Source of the DNA: Raillietiella orientalis
Taxonomy: Eukaryota
NCBI GenBank assembly: GCA_036172245.1
Contig: JAYWIR010000026.1
Coordinates: 2,728,001-2,792,000 of the forward strand
Length of the DNA: 64,000 bases
Reading direction: 5' to 3'
In this document: piece by piece, positions 13,557 to 26,820 of the stretch
Layout of the letters: each line of letters starts with the position of its first letter
Numbering within the stretch: position 1 is the first letter of the stretch
Notes under the pieces: generated by a model
What the model saw: only the letters and a program-made list of their open reading frames with translations
What the model was told of the DNA's origin: nothing
Databases searched by the model: none
Program-made: the position numbers and the translations under genes

Positions 13557-14397
13557 GATTCCCTTTAACGATAGAACTCAATGAACAGCTCGAGGATTCT
13601 ATTTTAGGGTAAAACGGGGTCGATGCTTCAGTATACTTCTCTAGCATTTTCGTGGAGGGTAGCATCGCTTACGTCCAGTGGCTATGGAGAGATGAGACAA
13701 GAAGGAGACTTTCGTGATTTTTTCTCGCTCCACTGATATTTTGAGGAAGGCGCCAGGGGACACCCATGGGTCCACACCTCATGGGGTGATTCGTCATACG
13801 TTCGCATGGCACTTTGCGGAGAGGAAAGGTGGACTGTAGGACTGAGACCAACGATGGAGTTTCCAGCCCATTTCCTTCGGCATCCACGGATGAAGCAGCC
13901 ATCCAAACGTTGCTCCTGTTTTCCAAGGTGGCCAGCCTCTGCATCACATGGCCTGCTAGCATTGCTCTTTCTCACTGGTAGTAGGAGACCAGTCCACATC
14001 TCCAGTTGCCATCGTTGTGGATATCCGGCAACAGCATTGTCCTTCCTAGGAATCCGTTCGTAGAGACTGTTGCATTTGTTCTTTCGCCGGTGATCTGTGC
14101 AGCAGGCCCTCTGGTTAGGAGACTATGGCTTCCTAAAAGTGTAAGGTAGAAAAGATGACCGGCATGTATAGCAGGTTGATGGACGGCTTGGAACTCGTCC
14201 CAGTGGTCTTTGTCCGCACTTTCCTCTCCTTCATTTTGATTCCTTATATTCCCCACCTTCATTTCGCTCCGTAACTTTCATCTTGCTTTTGGTTTTCATC
14301 CCGGTGCACACGGAGGAAAACCAAAGAACTTGGTCTCATTCCACGCGGTTGGTTTGTCTTTCCCGTTCCAAACTTTCTCTTTGGACCGGTGGACCCT

Positions 14398-14658
14398 TTA
14401 TTTAATTTTTTGTAGTTGTCGGTCAGGAACTTTGTTCCCAGCTGGCTTTTTTTCTAAAATTGTAAAACACTTCATCTTTGTGCGAGATGGTTCAACGAGA
14501 ACCATTTTCCCACAAGGCGAACCGGTGAAGAGCGACCATTGGAATTTAATATTGTATGGAGCATGAGGGATGCACCAATAGGGCTCTTGACTTTCAGCTG
14601 AAAGTGAAGTAAGGGCATCCAACTTTCGCTTCCTCCGGTGCGGGGACCATGAGCACAC
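14398..14658 (-). CDS. Paralogue of the 2095-2484 unknown exon
   Basis: CSWSPH..KFQW..SPCGKMVL..DRQLQKIK aligns with the 2095-2484 ORF. Confidence 0.3.
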   Translation of the reverse strand: MCSWSPHRRKRKLDALTSLSAESQEPYWCIPHAPYNIKFQWSLFTGSPCGKMVLVEPSRTKMKCFTILEKKPAGNKVPDRQLQKIK

Positions 14659-17399
14659 TTCTTCGTTGACGACTGCTTTTGGACTTCTCTTAGATGTTGA
14701 AAATGAGACGAGCGTCTGGAACCCTCAGGGTCCCTCAGAACAGGGGAGCGCATCTCTGGACAGAGGCGACACGCAGCATATTAAGCTTTATTTCTACTCC
14801 CTGATATTCCCGTCCATGGACTCATTCGTCTGCGGTATCGCTGTGCCGGTCCTCGATAAGAGACAGTACAGTTTCCGTAAATAGGTAAACCTGAGACAGG
14901 TGGTGTGTTTTGAAGACTGGGGAGGGCAGCACCAATTCTTCATTTTCTAAAATTGTACGAATCATTTCCTAAATATTCGTAACGTATGACAGAAGGCACC
15001 AGGGAATTAGGGTGTGCAGTGCTGATTCTTCCTCGCATCGTTGGTTGGCATGGGGGCTTCATCACTTTTGCAGTCTGCACGGAAGGCGAAAAAGGAGGAG
15101 CAGTGAGCGTCCTCTTTTCCCCGGAAACAGGCTTCCCCAGGAAACCACAGTTGCGTTTCCAGGGGTGGCTCGTGGATTTCTGGAAGCTCGCTGAGAATAG
15201 AGGGATGCCGCGCTGAGTTCTAAAGCACTCGAAGTGTGGATCACGTAAAGCCAGATCCAGTGGACGCAATGCATTGGCGGTGCATCCTCCTTCTGGCTGC
15301 AGGGAAGTTGGCCACCTTGAGGATGCTTGGAGGATACCACACCGCAACAGGAAGGGTTGTGAAGAGGATGATCCCGTGAAGCCGGTGCTGCTGTTCGGGA
15401 ACACCCAGACGCCGTCGACGGAAGAAACGCAGGCGATTGCCAGGCGAAGAGAGGCCGGAATGGGAAACGAACGCTTTCGGCGTGACGTTTGGAAATATCG
15501 AACTTCCTTGCAACGCAATCCTTGAGATGACGTGAGCTGTCATTCCAAAAAAACATGGGTACGTACGAGTAAGGAGGGCAGAGGTTCGTCAGAGCCCCAC
15601 GAATGCCAACACGCAAAGCAGACAGGTGATCTCCAACAGTAAGAGTGCACATCCCGAAGAGGCGGGAAATCTCTGATTGCTACGTCTGCCGACGACCGCT
15701 ACCATGCAAAAGCATCCACCAAAAGCACGGATTGCGAAGGCGTGTCGCCTCATAACGGCTGTCCCACACGCTATCCACGTTTCGAAAATATTTATAAATC
15801 TCAGGAACGTTTTCAGCTTTGAAGAGAAATCCAGTTCACCTCTGTGTATTCCATCGAAGCTGGTGCAGTGTGGATAGGCGGCGACATGGTCCTCTGGGTT
15901 CAGCGGTGGATTCTCGGAATCCTTCCATTCGTGTATTTGGTATCTGAGATTCCAATGATTTTGATAATTTGCACTTAAAACCCTCGCTTTCACACCCGGT
16001 ATTTGTCGAGTTCGCCTTCGATCTTGTTGGCGGTGACTGCTGCCCGAGTCGGCTCTCCGATGATTTGACGCGTAAAGAAGGACATGGTCCACTGTTTCTC
16101 AGCATCGTTTTTACTTTAGCTATGCGATTGCAGATTGGAGCTGCTGATTGAGATCCGCAACAGCTGGCTCGATTTTTATTTTCTGTCGAGACTCGAAGGT
16201 AAGTGCGAAAACACAGAGGAACGGAGAATCTCCTTCGCTAGAGCTCCGTCCTCTAGTTTTCTTTGTTCTGTAAAGGATGCAGCGAGAAGTGGCTGCCACG
16301 TCGCGTTCACACACAACTGGAGCCGTCTTTACGAGGGTATCCCGTGAAACGAATCGTGCGAGATTCTATCTCAGTCGACCTGCGAGGCGTGGTTGCGTGT
16401 GCGTGCGCCGTGAGGGCACACGAGACACGCCGCTTCGTTGCTCCCGTAGGACCGGCGATTCTGATGACCCGATGACCTAAATTAGGATAGCAAAGGGATT
16501 GCTGCATCTACCTGGTCAGGACGCGAGGAAAAGGTTGTCCGCATTTGCACCTTTGACCGCGATTTGCGCTGCTGCACACCTCGCCTTATTCCAGCCGATG
16601 CACCCAGAGAAGGACTGGCCGACCTCGATACAGATGATCGTCCACGCAACCTTTTCTCGATGAGTGATAAACACAAATCATCTTCTCCTGGCTTTGAATG
16701 TTCGCCCTGTTTATCCTGTGCGTAGAGTCACATTCCTGGTGGTCGCAGAAAGCGATTCGCCACTGGGAGATTGGAAGGGTTCCTTTCCTCCCATCGAGCT
16801 GCGACGTCCGCAGGAAGGCGAATGAAGGAACGTTTTGTGTTGCTTTTGCAAAACGATGCGCTGCGCGATCCGCTGCCATAGCACGGAGCCACTGATTTGT
16901 TGAGACGCACTCAAACCGTTCATGGTACATAATCACTGCATTTGCACAGTGCCCTGCATGCAGCAAAGATGGCGCGCTGCTTCTTTCCAGTGCTTCCGTT
17001 GCTCATTCACCGTCGAACGTGCGCTTGGGTGTTGGCAAATTGCTATTGAAGTTCTGTGGCGCAACCCCTGCTTCTGCTCCCGGTGAATGCCCTGGAGCGA
17101 CGCAGGACGGAAGGAAAGCAAGTTGTATTTCATAGGCCGTCTTACCGTTTTGCTTTTGCATACCCTATGAGGTTCCAAGTGGGCACGGGCATGCACCCTT
17201 TAGTTTTTCCTGTCCAGGAATCTGAACATGACGGACCCATCATATTCCGGAAGGTTAATGTTGTGCCGACGGATAACTTTAATCCGGTCCTTCCGCCTCA
17301 TCCTCGGTCCCTACTATAGGGGATTCGCGACCTGTATTCGCATATTGCGGAAAGCGAGGGTTAATTGTTCAGGGCAGGAACAGATAAGGGGACACCCAG

Positions 17400-18926
17400 G
17401 AGCAATTGCGGCGATCCAAAAGAACTCGGATAGCTTGCAGTACTTTACCCTCACTGAGCACGCAAGACTCTTCATACTGAATTGCTTCGATGATACCGGG
17501 GTGGAAGGAGAGAGGGCTCATGTCTTCGCTATCTGAAGGCAAAGTATTCCAGGGTCGAGCTGACCAGGATGTACCTGACTTGAGAATTCTGGACTTCCTG
17601 CGAGGCTACGAAAACTCTGCGCGCTTTATTGTTCCTGGGCAGACCATTTTCCAAGAGCGCTTTATCGTCCAGAGTCTGACTGGAGGCTGCACTCTGAGCG
17701 CCAATGTGAAAGATAGAGTCGAAACCGTTGTCTTCACCACTCCCAACTTCCCGAACAACTTTCCAGCGAACACAACTTGCACTTTGGGTCTTCTGGTAAA
17801 CAGCGGAGTTGCTGGTGGGGACGATCCACATCTTCCATCTAGCCAAACGACATCCATACATCACCGGAGAACGTCTTTGGGAGGTTTGATAACCCTTTCG
17901 CTCTGGGAAGAGGTGGCAGTCTCACTTTTGAAGACATCTTGCGCAAGAGACAGTAAGATCCCTTTGCAGCTGCGCTCACGCTGGATCGTGTTGGACCGCC
18001 GGCATCGCGAAGACGCACTACACCCGAAAGCCATAGCCGTTCACCAGAAAGATTCCCTTTCAGAGTCCAAGTTCAAGGGGATTTGCCGACATTTCCCTAC
18101 GTGGAGCTGTTTCTACCCACGACGATCACCTTCCAGGCGGTTGCTCCCGCGACTGGCTTCAATCTCAGCTTGTGCATGGTGCCCAACGCGTTCCAGGTTT
18201 CGTCCCGATTCAGCACGCAGACGAAAACGATCTCTCCTGCCCTGGTGAAGGATCTGGCGGTTCCACAGCAAATGCTTTCCTTGCTCGTAAGGGTACGTGG
18301 TGAGCGCATTTGATGACCCGAAATGAGATCACCTCGCCGGGTGTCCCTCGGCTGGAGATTCGCGCGCCCGCAGGAGCGAAGCTTAATGCGCGCTTCCTCC
18401 TCCGGCGCGGGCATTTCCAGCTGACTTGAGGGACAGCCCACAGGGGGTTCGCGCTTCCTGGGCTTCCAGCGACGAGTTGTCGCGTTGGCAATTCTGTCGG
18501 ATTGAACCTCGTTGGTACGGACGTGCGTTGCTGCGCGCCTGCGTGCTGTAACTCGCTCTCCGAGTTCGCATCGCCCGGGGACGACGGGGTGGCAATGCCG
18601 CGACGGAGTCCCTTCTTCCGACTTAAAGGATTGTGTGAGGGTTCAATCACTTCTCTTTACAGCCATGGACAATTTGCCGATATGTCACCGTCACCTTGCT
18701 CAACGTGAACATTCGTGCCAACGAGAAGGTATCGATCGGCAGAAATGGGCAGAATCTTCCGCCCATCGACATCCAGACGATCAACGGTCCAAACACCACC
18801 AGCGTCACCGTGGTTTCCAACCAAGGTAAAGCCATAGTCTTGTTCTACTACACGGATAACAACGCACGAGGAATACAAGGAATCTTCAACGTCCAGTATG
18901 TCTGCAGCTTCAGAAGACCCTCTTAA
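17400..18926 (+). CDS. CUB-domain gene copy 3 (may extend upstream to about 16970)
   Basis: GCTLSANVKDRVETVVFTTPNFPNNFPANTTCTL; NEITSPG..IRAPAG; EFASPG. Last exon PWTICRYVTVTLLNV..FYYTDNNARGIQGIFNVQY. AATAAA at 18938. Intactness of middle exons unresolved. Confidence 0.65.
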
Positions 18927-19789
18927 AGATAGAACTCAATAAACAGCTGCAGCATTGTTATTTTAGGTCACAGCGGGGTATACCGAAAGATCAGATCTTT
19001 TAATATACTCTGCAGCATCTTTGCGAGCAATAGCATCCTCCACCTCTCCTTGTGGTCTTCTAGGAATGAATCAGGAAGGAGACTTTCGTGATTGTCTTCC
19101 AGATATTTCACAGATATCTTCTGAGGAATGCACCATCTGACGTCCATAGATCCTGAGTTAATGGGTTTGAGCGCGATACTTCCGACCAGCACTTTGCGAA
19201 GAGATAAGTTGGGCTGTAGGACTGAGACCACCGACCAAGTCTCCAGCCCATTTCTTTCGGCATTCACGGATGAGGCAGCCATCCAAACGTTGCTCCTGTT
19301 TTCCAAGGTGGACAGAGTCTGCATCACATGGCCCGGTGGCATTGCTCTTTTTCACTAGCAGTAGCAGCCCTTCACGCATGTTCAGCTGCTATGGTTGTCG
19401 AAATCCGGCTACAGTATTGTCCTTCCTAGGAATCCGTTCGACATTGTTTCTGCTGTTCTTCCGCAGGTGATCTGTGCAGCAGGCCCTCATGTAACCCGAC
19501 AAAATGGCGGAGAATCTCTCGTTGCGTGGAAAATGGGACTGTGATGAGCCTCCTGAGGGTGCATTTCCATTATGAAAGCCGTTGTGCTGCTTCCGAAAAC
19601 AGCTCTTGCGCCTGCTGTGAACAGATTGATCCAGCTTTATAACACTGCAGGTGCTTTGGAGAAGAAGCACTTTCGGTGGGGCGGATTCTTGAGTGTCTCC
19701 CGTGAATTGCTTGTGTTCCCTCATCATTGCGTGGACGATTCGCCTTTCTCCCTCTCCTGAAAGGAAGCCCTAGTGCTGCTAATCCACTG

Positions 19790-20360
19790 GTGATTCCCGT
19801 GTAAGCAGCGACGGCGTGGAGGATATGCAGGGATTGAATCTACCAACTGTTCGAGGTTACGATGGACAGAGTCCATTCTGCACCTGCTCTTCAGATGAGG
19901 TGTCCTGGAGGAACTGTGGCGGGGGCTGACTGCAGCATTTTTACACCACACGTACAGCGCCTGGGATATGCTAAGGAGGTTCTTTGCCCCGAGTGATCTC
20001 TCGACGGGCGCTCTTATTGCAGCATTGTGTTGCATGCGCGCCATCCTTGGGGCTCGACTGGTGTTAGAAACCACCACCCATCAAATAAAGTTACCGATAT
20101 CAGAGCGTTTCAAAGGGGATTTGACAGGAAGAGGAAGGGAAGAGTATGACCGACATGCATAGCCTGTTGCTGGACGGATTGGAACAACGTTCCAATGGTC
20201 ATTGGCCCCACTTTCCTTTTCTTCATTTTTATTCCTCATATTTCCCACCCTCATTCCGCTCCGTAACTTTCATGATGCTTTTGGTTTTCATCCCGGTGCA
20301 CACGGAGGAAAACCAAAGATCTCTGTCTCTTTCCACGCGCTTGGTTTGTCTTTGTCTTCC
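19790..20360 (+). mobile_element. Duplicated copy of the 1480-2050 LINE 3' fragment
   Basis: Near-identical to 1480-2050 (MLRRFFAPSDLSTGALIAALCCMRAIL). Confidence 0.6.
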
Positions 20361-20411
20361 CCATTCCAAACTTTCTCTTGTGCCGGTCTGCGTTCCGGTG
20401 GACCCTTTATT

Positions 20412-20642
20412 TTATTTTCTGTAGTCATCGGGCAGGAATTTTGCTCTCAGCTTGTTTTCTTTCTTGAGTAAGCGTCCCGGTGCGGAAAACTTCATCTTTG
20501 TGCGGGATGGCTCAACGAGAACCATTTTCCCACAAGGAGAACCGGCGGACTGAGACCCATGGAATTTCCTATTGGATGGAGCATGAAGGCTGCTCCAATG
20601 AGGCTCTTGACTTCCAGCTGAATGGGAGATCAACGCATCCAA
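20412..20642 (-). CDS. Third paralogue of the unknown minus-strand exon
   Basis: DALISHSAGSQEPHW..GSPCGKMVLVEPSRTKMKF aligns with 14398-14658. Confidence 0.3.
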   Translation of the reverse strand: MDALISHSAGSQEPHWSSLHAPSNRKFHGSQSAGSPCGKMVLVEPSRTKMKFSAPGRLLKKENKLRAKFLPDDYRK

Positions 20643-22179
20643 CTTCCGCTTTCTTCGTTACGAAGACAATGGACATCCTTCTGCCTTGACGACTGCGGAT
20701 GGGCTTCTCGTTGCTGTTGCAAATGAGACGAGCGTCTGACATCCGCAGGGGTCCTCAAAACGAGGGGAGCACATCTGTCTCGAGAGGCGCTCCGCAGCAT
20801 ATTGAGCTTCTTTTCTCCTCCCAGATGGTCGTGTCCCTGACTCATTTGACTGCGGTGTCGCGGCGTCCGGTCCTCGGGAAGAGTCGGCACAGTTTCCGGA
20901 AATAGGCAAAGCTTAGGTTGGCATTGTCGTCTATATGCTGGGGAGCAGAGGCACCCAGGCGTCGACGACTGATGAGTCCCTTTATAAATATTCGTGACGT
21001 CTCAAAGAAGGCATCAGGGAATGAGGGATCTCTGCTTCCTCATCCTTCCGAGGCTTGCAGTAAGGAACAAGTGATTTACGCTCGGAAGAAGTGGTTAGTG
21101 GTGAAAGGCGCAGTCGAGTCATCATTGTGCGTTCGCTGCCAAGGTGTGGCAGTGCACTGCGAGACAGCAAAGAGCTTCCTGGAAAATGTGATTCCTGCTT
21201 GTTCATAAAGCGAGCTGCTGCCTCAGTTCTCTTGGCTCGGCACCTCCACTCTGAGGGCTCAGAAGATCGCCTTCCGAAGTCCGAGCTGCTTCCTGTCACT
21301 CGGGTAACTACCGGCAGGCGGTGGAATGGAACGCTGATCACATCGAGGGCTGAGCGAACGATTCGAGTACTCAGAGTTCCGCGTTCGTAAGGACTTGGGG
21401 ATGGTGGTTCTCCAAGCGTTTACAGCAGTCATCTTGGCGGTGGTCTCTCCGCGTTTGGGATAGGTTCGCTTTCGAGGGAAAAGGGCACCGCTCCTGGATC
21501 GAGTGTTTTCGGCTAAGGCAGAGCGCGTTTGACCTTTTTGGCTTTCTCACAAGCGGAGGCGCTCGTACAGATCCTCCTCTGTCTGCTAAGAGCCTCGCTC
21601 AGGAGAATGCTTTGCCTCAGAGGGAGCTGGACCGGTTGGGCGGGTAAGGTGCAGCTAGTTTTGCGGATCTCCGGACGTTCCGCTCTCTGTGTGTGTGTCC
21701 CGCGTGCCCATTGCTTGACGCCTGTCTTCACGAAATCCTTGCAGATCGTGAGAGAAATTCAGCTTCCTTTGCTGTTTCCACCTTAAGATGGCGTCCATGA
21801 GACGGATCCGAGCGAGAACGCGCTACCCACGAAAGTAAAAGGGAACAAGGTGGAAAGGGGAAGGCGTGTTTTCGGGTAGACAAAGTCCTTCAATCAAAGA
21901 TGCAGTTGTTGCGGTCGTAGCGGGTATCATCCCCGTGGAGGCGCGGTTCTCCGTTGTTTCCTGGTAAGATGGGGTGTCATTCAACGGTATTCCGATGGTA
22001 GAAATGCCAGAGAACGCTGCTACCGAAGTCCTTGCATGAGACTGGGGCGTCGAACCCAACGGAATTAGGTTGACTTGCAAGGAGGTTGTGGAGTTCTGCG
22101 GCTGCTTAATTTTTAGCTGTAGCGATTGCGAAGTTAAAGACCTACTCGAAGAACACAACTGTACTGTACAGAGTAGGAT

Positions 22180-22600
22180 ACTGCGCGTTGCTTGACGAAG
22201 AAGCTGCGCAGAATAAATGTGGAAAAGGAACTCTATTGGCAGTGAAGGGCATCTGGTGGTGGTCCACTTCACATGAACCACGATACCATAGCAAGAGACA
22301 CCGTGCGGAGAGAACTTGCAGCATGTGGCACCTTCCGCGCGCTGCGGGCAAACCTGTCAATTCCAGGGATACGAAGGAGGGTGTTCAGTGACCTTACCAC
22401 CGATCGGAAGGCAAACCCTGTAGGTGGTCGTGAAAGAATGCTTCCTTCAGGAAACTTGAAGTTGATGGAAAACCCGTCGATGTGTCGAACCGTCGCGGGA
22501 AGATCCAAAGGCTGAGGCTACTGCAACACAACCAATCTCCTCAGAAAGACGTGCCTGCAGTGTAAGACAGGAGCACACGAAAGTAATGGTACCACAAGAA
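22180..22600 (+). mobile_element. Decayed LINE ORF1 remnant (family A)
   Basis: VVVHF..IARDTVRRELAACGT..LEVDGKPVDV..GYCNTT resembles ORF1 at 45.5 and 61.5 kb. Confidence 0.5.
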
Positions 22601-22849
22601 ACTTTCGTAAAGCTTCCTCTGGAAGCAGAAAAAACGATGCACGAAAAAGAAGGAAGCCGGGAACACTTCCAGAGAGTGAAAAATGTCTAACCTGCTGACT
22701 ACCAAAGAGGCACTCAGAACACGACAGGAGAGGACAAACTGTGAGGAGCACCAGGTCCTCTGGGGACACCATCAGCAGGTGGGACCACTGACGTAATCTT
22801 TCAGGTGGGACACTTGGAGCGGTAGCTGCTCCGTTGTTGGGTGTTCCTA

Positions 22850-23430
22850 TTCCTTGCTACTAGTGCTTCTGAACTGAAGGTGGTGCTTCATTAGCTCGAG
22901 CGTCGGGAGGCCAGAACCACTAATCCGACACAGAGCGCACAGTCCTTCAAGCGGAATCGGCCAACTCAGTGTCGCACAGAGCGATCATGAGGAAGTCCTT
23001 TCTCCGTTTATCATGCGATTTGAAAAGAAGAGAAAAACAGTTGGCAAAAGATGAAAATGGGGGGCCACTAAAGTGTCCCACATCGCTTTCCATTCCGTCA
23101 GGTAAAACCTTGCATTCTTGGAACGGGCCGCACGCCTGCCCTGCCTTTCGGAAATGACCGGACGAGAGCTCTGCAACGCAAATTCCCTCAATGAACCTCA
23201 AGGTACTTCAAGAACCTGCCCTTGGGGAGTCTCCAGGCGGATTCAGTCTGGCTGTCACAGTTGACGCAGCACCAACTGCGACCGCCCACGACTTTGCTCT
23301 GTTCACCAGCAAGCGTGTCCAGTAGTTTAGCAGCTCACATAAGCTCTCCAGCGCTGACTCCGAAGTGCACATGAAGAGCAGCAGCAACAGATATTGGCCG
23401 GCACGGGAAGAGTACCCAGGCACGAGCTCG
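22850..23430 (-). mobile_element. LINE RT fragment (motifs 5-7), family A
   Basis: YLLLLLFMCTSESALESLCELLNYWTRLLVNRAKSWAVAVGAA aligns with YADDLLLLLPMFTPASAVEEFFDLLNRGTGLTVNRAKSSVMPVGAA at 40.6 kb. Confidence 0.75.
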
Positions 23431-23699
23431 ACGAGGTAGCCAGAGTCTTCCGGTAGTAAGATACCAGCTCGAAGTTCTAAAGAGCGAAAGACTCAAGCTA
23501 TAATCTTGACTGTACCATGCTGCACCAGAACACTATACATACGCTGGCCCTTGAAAAGATATTGGTGAGCGCAACAGCTTAATCTCAGAGAAGCCAGAAA
23601 GACAAATGGAAATCCACGCACTTTAGGAGTTTCAGAAAAAGGTTTAGTTCGACACAGTCGAATGCTTTTCGAAAAACAAGAGCGACTTCAAGAGCTCGC

Positions 23700-25171
23700 A
23701 GCTCGACCATCAGCTGAAGACTATCCCTTTCTTGGTCGGAAAAAGGTCCATAATTGCTGCGACCTGTCGTCTCAAATCGCCAATGAAACAGCCAACTCCG
23801 AGCAGGGAGGTTCCACGTTCACCTAGAAGGCAGCTCATCATCGTTGCCCTCAGGGATGGTGGACTGGGTATCCTTACGTTGGAGCCGATGGAGCGACAGC
23901 TCTGTTTCAGAAAACTCTTCCTATCTTTGGACAACGCTATGGTGCTAGCCTACCTCCTGCTCACCAGAAGAGCGGCCGAATGCGAAGGACTGATCTCGAG
24001 CCTCGTGGTCTACGATACCAACCTAAGGTAATCTGACCATCAGTTGCGTCGATTGGCTGCCTTAATGCAGAAAAATACATGAATCTCCTGACTTCCCGCA
24101 GACTGCACTGCCTGGATTCATGAGTCAGTTTCAGCATGAAGATAGATCCACGGCTCGAGTGGGGAACAGTACGGCTTGCTCCGGAAAGGGAGGTACACTC
24201 GACAACCGCTGCATATCAGCGTGTGCAACCCACGCAAACTTCTGTGGACTGCGTTCACCTCAATTGCCTTGGTGCTTCCCTCCCTTAAAAACGCTAAGGA
24301 CAGCAATCTCTCGGCATCCTGCTGCATCGAACGGAGAAAAAAACTGTTAAACGCGTACAAAACTCGGGAAGTGACCGACGCTGATGTTCCAGCTGTCACG
24401 CCAAAAGGTCTTGCACGCTGGGACGAGCTGCTCACGATACTTCCAGAGGAGGTGGAGTGACTCCCAGTGTGTTGGGACAGAGGCACCCTCCTCCTCAACT
24501 AGCAAGAGGTGGTGTTGCTGTACAGGAATGCCATGCAAAGCACGCCTCTCTCCTTCGACACGGGGGAGCGTCGCAGCCTATTGCGCAAAGTGCGGCGAGA
24601 AGGAGAAAACATTCCAGCACTTATTGGTAGACTGTTTTGTCCTTCGAGCCCTTTGGAATCCTCACTCGATGATCTACGACACCCGGAAGGCGAAACCAGG
24701 GACATTTTCCAACGGCTCCTCCGGCATTCAGATGTTTCCTTAGCAGCTCTGTGCTGTGTCCGTGTGATCGTGGCATACTGAAACGCGACAAGGAGAGGGA
24801 AAAATGATAGGAATGTCATCCACTGGACGGTGATCTTCTTGAGGAACGCGTCGAGATGGCTCAATCTGGGCAATACCAAAGTACTTGGCAGCATCCTGAA
24901 CAGGATGCAGAGGACGTCTCCAGAGGAGCAGTAATCCCTCCCCATCTCTCTCTCTAAAAAACTCTCATCCCTCACTTTCTTTCCATCCATCTTTTCTTTT
25001 TTCGTGGTTTCCTTCCCCCTTCGCCGATGGAGAGGTCCTCAGAGGTCTGCGTACCAGCTTTTGGCAAGTCGTTCGCGCAAGGAACAACCAAATGTTCAGC
25101 CACGAATCTGTAATTTGGACGGCTCTATTATAATTCCTAATAATAAATGCCTCGACGAATCCGGGTGAAAA
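23700..25171 (+). mobile_element. LINE family A 3' portion with 3' terminus
   Basis: RDGGLGILTLE; zf-RVT CAKCGEKEKTFQHLLVDC; ALCCVRVIV..FLRNASRW; terminus aataaa-tgcctcgacgaatccgg-gtgaaaa. Confidence 0.85.
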
Positions 25172-25499
25172 ACTTTGTGCAAGGGATGGAGGCGTAATCC
25201 TGCGCCGAGGCTGCCATCTTCCGAAGCTGACACCCGAACGGGGCAGCTTCTTGGATGGCTGTAGACTAGTGGAGACGCAGATCTTCCGTCGCCATCGTCG
25301 CCAATCATCTCGTAGCCCCTAATCCAGGTGTCAGCTTTACCAGGTGATTGACTTGGCACAGAACCGAGCGTCGACCTTCCTGGAACTCGTCCACAAACTG
25401 CAGTGCCAGGTGATGGTTCGAACGTACGCTAAGATGAGCGGCACTGGCACGGGAGAAACGCAGTGTCTGCGTACTCTGGCTACTCTCACTGCTCGCTGA

Positions 25500-26820
25500 G
25501 GGCGCTATTGGAATGCTCCTGCAAGGTCTCGTGAGTCTGAAGAATCCCAATCGCTGCTGTGCTGTCGTCTCTCTTGGTCGCCGTGGTCTCCACGATGCCG
25601 AATAACCCACACGGTAGAAAATAAGCAGCGAGAGGACGGGCAGTTAGGATGCTGGACATCAGTTTGCTGACGCTTTTCCAGTTTTCCCAAAGGACTTCTC
25701 CTTTGAAAGGATCTCCTGGGGATCTCGAGGGATATAGTGGAGATTCACGCACCGCTTTAAAGTAGCCCTGTAGGCTATCTTGAAAAGGCAGGACCTTGCA
25801 TAGCAATGGCTGCATTGGGATGTCCCTTGCAGCACACACCTACATCAATGCGTCAGTGGATGTGGCTCCAGATCGCGGTGGGTGTGGTAAAAGGAAAACC
25901 GTCGCGCACCGGCTATTCAAGTGCGTTCCCCCCTGGTGTGACTAAGCTCCTGAACTTCCCGGAAGACCAACTAAAAAACATGTTCAGGCAGGCTCTTCAC
26001 GCATGGCGCCATAGCACCTTCGGCGACGATCGCAGCTGCGTGCTGCTTCTATGTGGTCTGCTTCCGTGTGGCCGGAAGACCCGAATACAGGGCCCGAGAG
26101 CAAGATTTCCAATACAGGCTCTCGGCTATCCACAGTGAGCAAGATGAGGGTGAGGACATGGATGCAACTCATACGCTTTGGTGATCTCTGGAAACACTTC
26201 CACGTTGGCGCGCGTTGCGGGCAGTGTCCAGGCTTTCCCTGGTTGGCACGCAGCGTCGAGCGCTCTCATCTCCCAGTGAAAGATCAACGCCGAGGATGCG
26301 TACGGCGTGGGTTCCTGGTTCCCCGCAAGGATGAAGCTGGTTGCCCCACGGGTTTCAAGTGTAGCACTAGAATGACGTTTGTGAGGCACTGGAGACCCGG
26401 TGACTAGCCGGAATCAGGAGTGGACCCTCAAGGTTCCCTATAGAAGTTCCAGAGAGGATTTCTTTCAGGGTTTCTTCCCAGTCTGAGTCATGTGGGTGTC
26501 CCTTTCTTCAGGGGTGACTTCTCTCCAGCTTTCTCTAAACGTGGTCCCCTCAGGGATTTCCTTCGAAGGGGTAAACCTGGGTCCATTCCAGGGTCCTATT
26601 CGGAAATAACTGGGAAGGCGTTCTCCCTTCCCTCCAAGCGTAAAGATTAAAGAACCTCATTTTCCGGAGCCTTCCTGTTATTATTAAAGTGTTCAATTCG
26701 TAATTTCCCTCTAATGGGGTCACACGCACCCAGGGTGGCGTGACCATGCATAAAGAACCTTGTGACGCCATGGCTGAGTCCCTATGAAAGTAAACTGGTT
26801 CTTGAGGACTCAAAGAACCC
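25500..26820 (-). mobile_element. Decayed LINE EN/RT N-terminal remnants
   Basis: RFFNLYAW (EN NxYAP-like) at 26.65 kb; PFKGEVLWENWKSVSKLMSSILTARP (PK.G..NWRP..K..S.IL..RL-like) at 25.7 kb. Confidence 0.4.

Larger units (their letters stand above)
9160..20900. repeat. Tandem segmental duplication, unit about 5.35 kb (9160~14500, 12380~17735, 13640~19000); also homologous to 1-3550
   Basis: Long colinear near-identical tracts, e.g. 9190-9740 vs 14530-15095, 10496-10736 vs 15858-16098, 1300-2110 vs 19612-20420. Confidence 0.95.

Noticed and set aside
20968..21010. ctgatgagtcc, hammerhead ribozyme-like core
   Set aside because: No matching ggac-gaaa downstream, and it is not conserved in the paralogous blocks.
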